Shown: positions 23,272 to 29,121 of the stretch, in pieces
Layout: every line of letters begins with the position of its first letter
How positions within the stretch are numbered: position 1 is the first letter of the stretch
Assembly (NCBI GenBank): GCA_003971905.1
Contig: RSEE01000134.1
Span: 124,001 to 153,121 of the forward strand
Length of the DNA stretch: 29,121 bases
Reading direction: 5' to 3'
Source of the DNA: Moniliella sp. 'wahieum'
Lineage: Eukaryota
Notes under the pieces: generated by a model
Databases searched by the model: none
Told to the model about the DNA's origin: nothing
Seen by the model: only the letters and a program-made list of their open reading frames with translations
Position numbers and translations under genes: made by a program

Positions 23272-24313
23272 ATGCCGTTCACAACCAAAGACATTCCCTC
23301 GCTGAAGGGCAAGACTGCCCTTGTCACCGGCGCCAACACGGGACTCGGTTACGAGACCGCCTATGCGTTGGCCCATGCCGGTGCCGATGTGTTCCTCGGT
23401 GCCCGCAACCCTGCCAAGGGCGAGGCTGCGCGTCAGAAAATTCTCGCGTCCAAGCCTGCTGGATCCGTGCAACTAGCCATCCTTGACCTCAACGATTTCG
23501 ATAATGTTAAGGCCTTTGCCTCCGAGTTTGCCAAGACCCATTCTCATCTCGATATCCTAGTCGCCAACGCTGGTGTTTTGCTTCCAGAGCCTCCCGCCAA
23601 GACAGCACAGGGTGAGTATCTCGCTTCCGATTCCCCTCCTGTAGCCATACGGCATGCTGAGCATATACGGGTACTGACAAAACCACGGATGCACCACGCT
23701 TTGCCCGCATCGCACAGGTCATGATTCCCAGTTTGGTGTCAACCACCTAGCACACCGCTGTGCTCATTGGAGAGCTGTTTCCACTGCTGAAGGCGACGCC
23801 CTCGAGCCGTGTTGTGCTCGTGTCGTCGCTCCTTCACAAGCGGGGCACAATTGACTTTGACGATCTGGACTGGAACAAACGTAAATACAGCGGTATGCAA
23901 GGGTATTACCAGAGCAAGCTTGCCAATCTGCTGTGGGGACGAGAGCTTGCCCGGCGAACAACCGACGCCGGGCTGAAGGCGCCGCTAGTGACGGTTGCCC
24001 ATCCTGGGTTGACCATGACTGATCTGCAACGGAGCTCGTTCTTGGTTTGGCTGGCTTGCAAGGTGTTCGCACAGAATGTTCAACAGGTGCTCTGCCGCAG
24101 ATCTATGCTGCCACAGCACCCGGGCTGGAGCCTGGATCCTACTGGGGTCCTCAGAGTTGGATGGAGCAGTCCGGAGCCGTAGGACCCGCTTCGATTGCTC
24201 CTGTTGGACGGGACGAGGCCACGGGGCGGAAGCTGTTTGACGTTACTGAAGAGATCACGGGCGTCAAGTTTGACTTTTCTCCTCCAGGGGACGCTTTAGC
24301 CTCCCGCCTGTGA
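23272..24313 (+). CDS. Short-chain dehydrogenase/reductase (retinol dehydrogenase/WWOX-like); intron 23612-23717
   Basis: GKTALVTGANTGLG, LDILVANAG, spliced G-HDSQFGVNHLAH, SRVVLVSS, catalytic YYQSKLAN, AHPG, GALPQIYAAT. Confidence 0.93.
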
Positions 24314-26025
24314 GCATATGCGAGCAGCCATTAGCCCTTTTGGCGTGTGATGCCGGTCGCATCCATTGGAATCGAATGTACGCCCCCAGTACTAGTGTGT
24401 CTATTCCTGGTAGATCCCACCCGACCCGGATCTCTCGGTAGCATTTGGTATAGTATTAACTGTGAGCCATCTGTCGGTTTTCTGGTTGTCATATGTTCTG
24501 ATTAATCGTGTCATCGTCTGACTGATGGACTCGCTGCCATTTCCGATCTCTTCGTCCCGAGCGTCTTGCTCCTTCCCTGTGTTGTGCTTCGCACCGTGTT
24601 CTCTGTCCCCTTGCTTCTTCCCCACGAACGATTGCTACAACCCCTGACCTAGTCTCGATTCTGGTCTTCCTCGCCTTAGCCCCGACTGTGACAAATCGGG
24701 CGTGCCAAATTGAATGAAGGATGAAGGGCGACGGTGCTGGGTATACTGCAATGGACGCGCGTCTAATACTTCTCCGGGTTCTACACTGAGTCTGAGGCCC
24801 TGAGGCCTGAATTCTTGAATATTTACTGTTACGTTCACACCTTCACACCTAGCTCGGCCCTCCGCGGAAGGCCTCGGCCATCCTCGGCCAATGGCCAGTG
24901 GGCTGCATCTACGTCAGCTGGGCATCAATATCAATATGGTTGAGGCTGCGTGTTTGAGTTCACCCTGCTCCGCATCGGTGTTATTACCCGTTTGTCGATT
25001 GCCGGCGGGTAGTAGTACCCGTGGCTTGAGTCTTATCATAACCCTCCATATATTTTGCCTACTCGGTCTGATCTGCAGGGCCGTTCACCCGAATATATGC
25101 CAAAATTCAGCCGAATATCCCAATGGTTCTTCGTTCGCTCACCGCGCTCGGCGGTGCTCGGCCAAGAGACGGTGGGTGGCCATCTATCGCCACGAGCGGA
25201 TCTCAGCCAGGTGGGGCAGGGGCAGCCGCCGTTGTCTGATACAACGCCCATGGAGTCGAATTCTCAGTGAAGAGAGATGCTCTGAGCGGGCTGACAGAAA
25301 CGTCATGGCATGGACGTGTGGGCGTTGTGGTGTTTCTTCTTAACAGTTTCCATTGCTGGGCTGAAATGGGTCTCTGATGGATCTGATGCGGATATTGCCT
25401 CAGCGCATGAGTATAGGGCGTGGCACAGGGAAACAGTCTGGCTAATCTCCGGGCCTGAGCAAACACTTGCATAACCTCCGCCCTCTCCATGGCCCACATG
25501 CCAATAAGCTGACAGAAGGGGCGGGCGTATGATTTACAGAGCGAGCTAGTGTGTGTGGGGTGCGCGTACCGTATAGTAAGTCAGCGCGTGAATTAGACCC
25601 CTTGTCAACGGTTGCGACTTGGGGAAATTGGTTTTACGCTGTGGGGCATCAAGTGTTATATGACTTGCCAAGAAGACCCCGCTGGGACACAGCCGAAGGA
25701 GGCCGAGGGAGGTTGATCAGGGTGGCACTGCGGGGCAGAGAAGGGAAGAAAATGCCCCGCATCAGTCCGGGTGCTTCCTAAGGGTATTGGTTCTATACTG
25801 TCTACGTTACTGCGTGTGTCTATCCCACACCCCATCCCACATCTCCATAGGCCAGAACCGCAGGCTCCCAGCAACTCTACCCCACCATCGAACCTTCTCT
25901 TCCGTGCCTTTCGGATCCAGCTCCCAGGCCTGAGCATTGTTCATTGCTTACCGCTAAGCGCTGGTCACAAGAGGCATCCGTCACCACCTGCGACGCTGTA
26001 ACACCTCATTTTTGGCACACACACA

Positions 26026-29000
26026 ATGCCATCCAACTCAGAGAACGCCCGCGCGACAGCGCACGAGGACACAACGCCGCTCTTACGCCGTCGTCGTCCC
26101 GCCGCTCAGCCTACGCACCGACCGAGACAAAAAATGTATCGTGTCGGAGAACCGATTGGTTACTTGGCTGCGCGTGGTACACCTTACCAGAAGAAGTTCC
26201 TCAGCAAGAAACTTGGGTTCTGCCTGGTCGTGTTTTTCCCTCCAATTGCCGTGGTCGCTTTGGCCATCGCTCTTGTCCCTGTTTTCTGGGCCATCGGAAA
26301 CCACACGCTCAATGTCGTTCAAATGAACATTGAACAGGCCAACTTGACCTCGCTTACCAACACTTCTCGTTTTCCCTCTCTTTATCTGGACGGGTACGTT
26401 ACCGTTCCATTCGTTTCCTTCTGCTCTATAGTAGGCGTATCTGACCCCAATTCCACACAGAGCCTCAAGGCCGGCATTTTCCCTGCCTCGATCTATTTCC
26501 GCGACCCGCTGGATGTCTATTGGATGACTCCTCCCCCGGAGATGAAAGAGCTGCACTTGGGCACCTTCCCGATGGGACGCGTAAGTGTTGCTAGCGGCCA
26601 CGGAAAGGTGATTCAGACGACCAACTTCGCGATTACCGATGTGGATGGGTTTAGGATGTTTACCGAGTTCCTTGTTACTCAGCCACGGTTTACTTGGAGG
26701 TTGGTGTGCAACAACACTCATATTGAGGCGCTGGGCTTTATGCCGACGTACAAGAACTACCAGTTTCGGAAGCATGTCCAGTTTAACGGTTCGACAATTT
26801 TCATGATGTGCAGCTGGTCGACTTTCAGTTGCCAGGGAACGACCCTCTGGGCGGCATCACGCTCCAGGCGCTTGCAACCTTATCAACCACCCATCGCCTT
26901 TCTCGGTGCAGCTAGGGTACCTCGAGTTGGATTTGTACTATCACGGTCTTTACATTGGTCCTAGCGCCACTTCCGGCCCGATCAACGTCACCTCGGGGCA
27001 TAACACTATCCTTCTTGTCGGTCGCCTGCTGCCCCATAACACCAACCAGACCGAGCTCGACCTCATTGGCGATCTATTCACCAAGTATATCAATGGCGAC
27101 GTCGTTCCTATCGTAGCCAAAGGTGTCTCGGCGACGTTAGAGGATGGGGAACAGGTCTCCTGGCTCGCTCAGGGGATTAAGCCTTGGCAATCAATGTGCC
27201 TCTCCAGACCAAGCCCATTAACCCGATCAAGTCGATTACGATTGAGGAATTCAGCATCGCCTTTTCCGAAACATCTCCATGGCAGCTGACCGTTTGGTCG
27301 GACAGCCTTGCAGCACAACTCGGTCTACCGTTTGGATTTCAGCTCAACATTCTTGAGACTGAGGACACCATCCAGTTGATGTACAACAATTCGATCGTCG
27401 GTGTCGTGGAGGGGACCTACTCCAACTCATCTCTTTCCCTCAACGTGGTAAATGCCGGTGCGACCGAGGGAGCGTTGGCTCTCACCCTTTCCCCCTTCCC
27501 TCTTGGTGGTAGGGGGAAACCAATCAGCACAGGAACTCTGGACTCAATATGAGGATGAGCTTGTTTTTGGCGTCAACACCTCTACCCGTCTCATCGGCAT
27601 ATCCCACGCGTTGACCGACACGCCCGTCGGACGCATCCTCCTCTCTCCCATCAACTTTGACGTCGAGTCGGGGCTTACGGGGCTGCAAGGCCTCAACAAG
27701 TACCCGACTGTGATCCACTCGGTGAATCTGCAGGGGGTACGCAGGAAGCACTGCAGCTCTCAATTCCGGTAACCATCGTTAACCCCTCGAACCTGAACCT
27801 CACCACGGTACGGTTCAATTCCAACTGGTCAATGATGTGGTGTTGGGGACCGTAACGATGCCCAACCTGCACCTTGATTTAGGTGCGAACAATATAACGG
27901 CGCAAGCTGATTTTAATCCTCGGGTGGGACCCACGGGTTACCTTACCATCAACCGGTTCTTGTCCGGCCTAGACACCCGGTTGTACATTAACGGGTATGG
28001 TAACTCTTCCCGATTGCTTCGCTCACCCGTCGCTGGAGAAGATTCGAATCAACACCATTCTGCCCGGGCTGGAGCGGCCATTGATTGTACAAGCGCAGCT
28101 CCAAGTGCCTGACACCATTGACTCTAACAACATGACGAACATCTCGGTCACCATCGCCAACCCCTTCACCGCAGCATTGGACATCAAAACAATTGTGTCG
28201 ACTCCCGGTATGTATATAACAACAACTCGTGCTGTGCGGTGCACCGGAACTGATGACTGACATACCTCGGCAGTGTACAACAATCTGACCCTGGGAACCA
28301 TCGACACCACTTGTCCTCTCCCATCCATGCAACTGGAAACGAGCACGGTGAGCCAGGAGCTCCCTTTGGCGCTCGCACGCACCCCAAAAAGCTGGTTCAC
28401 CTGATCCTACAACTGGCTCAGGCGAGCCAAACCTCCCTCGGTCCTTGGCCTCCATTCCTTCAGAGTATCCTGGACTTGCCCGGAGATGCAGCAACACAAG
28501 TCAAGGGCGTACCGGGAGGTCCCGGGGCGCATCGTCCTGCCCCACGAATGGTGCATTTGACCTGCGAACGGCCATCCTCCAAGCTGCCAACAAATCGCTT
28601 TCTGTCAACGTCCCCCTCGAGGTGGAAGCGAGCGTTGAAGAGTACACCATGGCCCTCAATTTCACCCAGGGGCCTGTTCCCGTACAGACGGACACGTCAC
28701 TGTTGAATTTGCTCGGTCCGGCGGGGGCGCCTTTGATTCAGACAATTGTTGATCAGGCGGTCCTGAGCTTTGCCCAGGGTAACATTACGAATGTGACGGA
28801 CAACGGGTTTTATCGTGAACCTTCATGGCACACTACAGACAAACGCGCCAACCAATGCGTTGATCGTTTTCCCCATGCCGCTGGAGATCCGATGGAACGG
28901 GGCTTTCATTGCTACCATTAGCCTTCCTCCCATTTGCATTATTCCAGGACAAGGAGTGCCTGATTTGCTCATCACTGGCCAGGTGAATATCACGGACCAA

Positions 29001-29110
29001 GCTGGCTTCACTACCTTTGCCAAATATATTCTCCACAACAAGAGTTCACCTGGGAGATTGGGAGCCCCCATGTGAATGTCTTGGCTCTGGGCATGACTTT
29101 TTCCGGTTAG
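26026..29110 (+). CDS. DUF3712-like (LEA_2/Tag1-related) repeat, single-pass membrane protein; apparently 3'-truncated by telomere; introns about 26394-26460 and 28208-28273
   Basis: N-terminal TPLL motif and one TM helix (LGFCLVVFFPPIAVVALAIALVPVFWAI). Repeated beta-rich units: FTEFLVTQPRFTWRL..IEALG versus FAKYILHNKEFTWEI..VLALG; VNPSNLNL; LGTVTMPNLHLDLGANNITAQADFNP; IANPFTAALDI. Family assignment is from recalled motif pattern. Confidence 0.72.
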
Positions 29111-29121
29111 GGTTAGGGTTA
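29105..29121 (+). repeat. Telomeric repeat (TTAGGG)n at the window end
   Basis: ggttag ggttag ggtta, G-rich strand oriented 5'->3' toward the end as expected for a chromosome terminus; only about 2.8 units. Confidence 0.75.

Noticed and set aside
24400..26000. Short ORFs between the SDR and the DUF3712-like gene
   Set aside because: No protein-family signal; treated as intergenic.
1..29121. Alternative genetic code or wholesale pseudogenisation
   Set aside because: Disruptions are frame changes, not stops at conserved residues; catalytic motifs are intact under the standard code.

Overview
Eukaryotic DNA, most likely a basidiomycete fungus: GT-AG introns with CTRAC branch points, basidiomycete-type gene families and a TTAGGG telomere. 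Nearly every gene carries 1-nt frameshifts typical of unpolished long-read data, so gene models were rebuilt across frames. In order: PHO81/NUC-2-like SPX-ankyrin gene (-, runs off the left edge); two tandem secreted RlpA-like/expansin-like (loosenin) genes (-); an EEF1AKMT4/METTL13-like methyltransferase (+); a probable orphan gene (-); a Dpb3/CHRAC-type histone-fold gene (+); PCK1 (-); a repeat-rich interval with an 18/21-nt degenerate minisatellite; a fatty-acid hydroxylase/sterol desaturase gene (-) divergent from an SDR (+); and a DUF3712-like repeat membrane-protein gene (+). The most striking observation is that (GGTTAG)n telomeric repeats begin inside the last gene, in the middle of a repeat domain, at a GGT codon. 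The first repeat supplies an in-frame TAG, and no subtelomere is visible, which looks like de novo telomere healing of an internal break. Only 17 nt of repeat are present, so this needs read-level confirmation.
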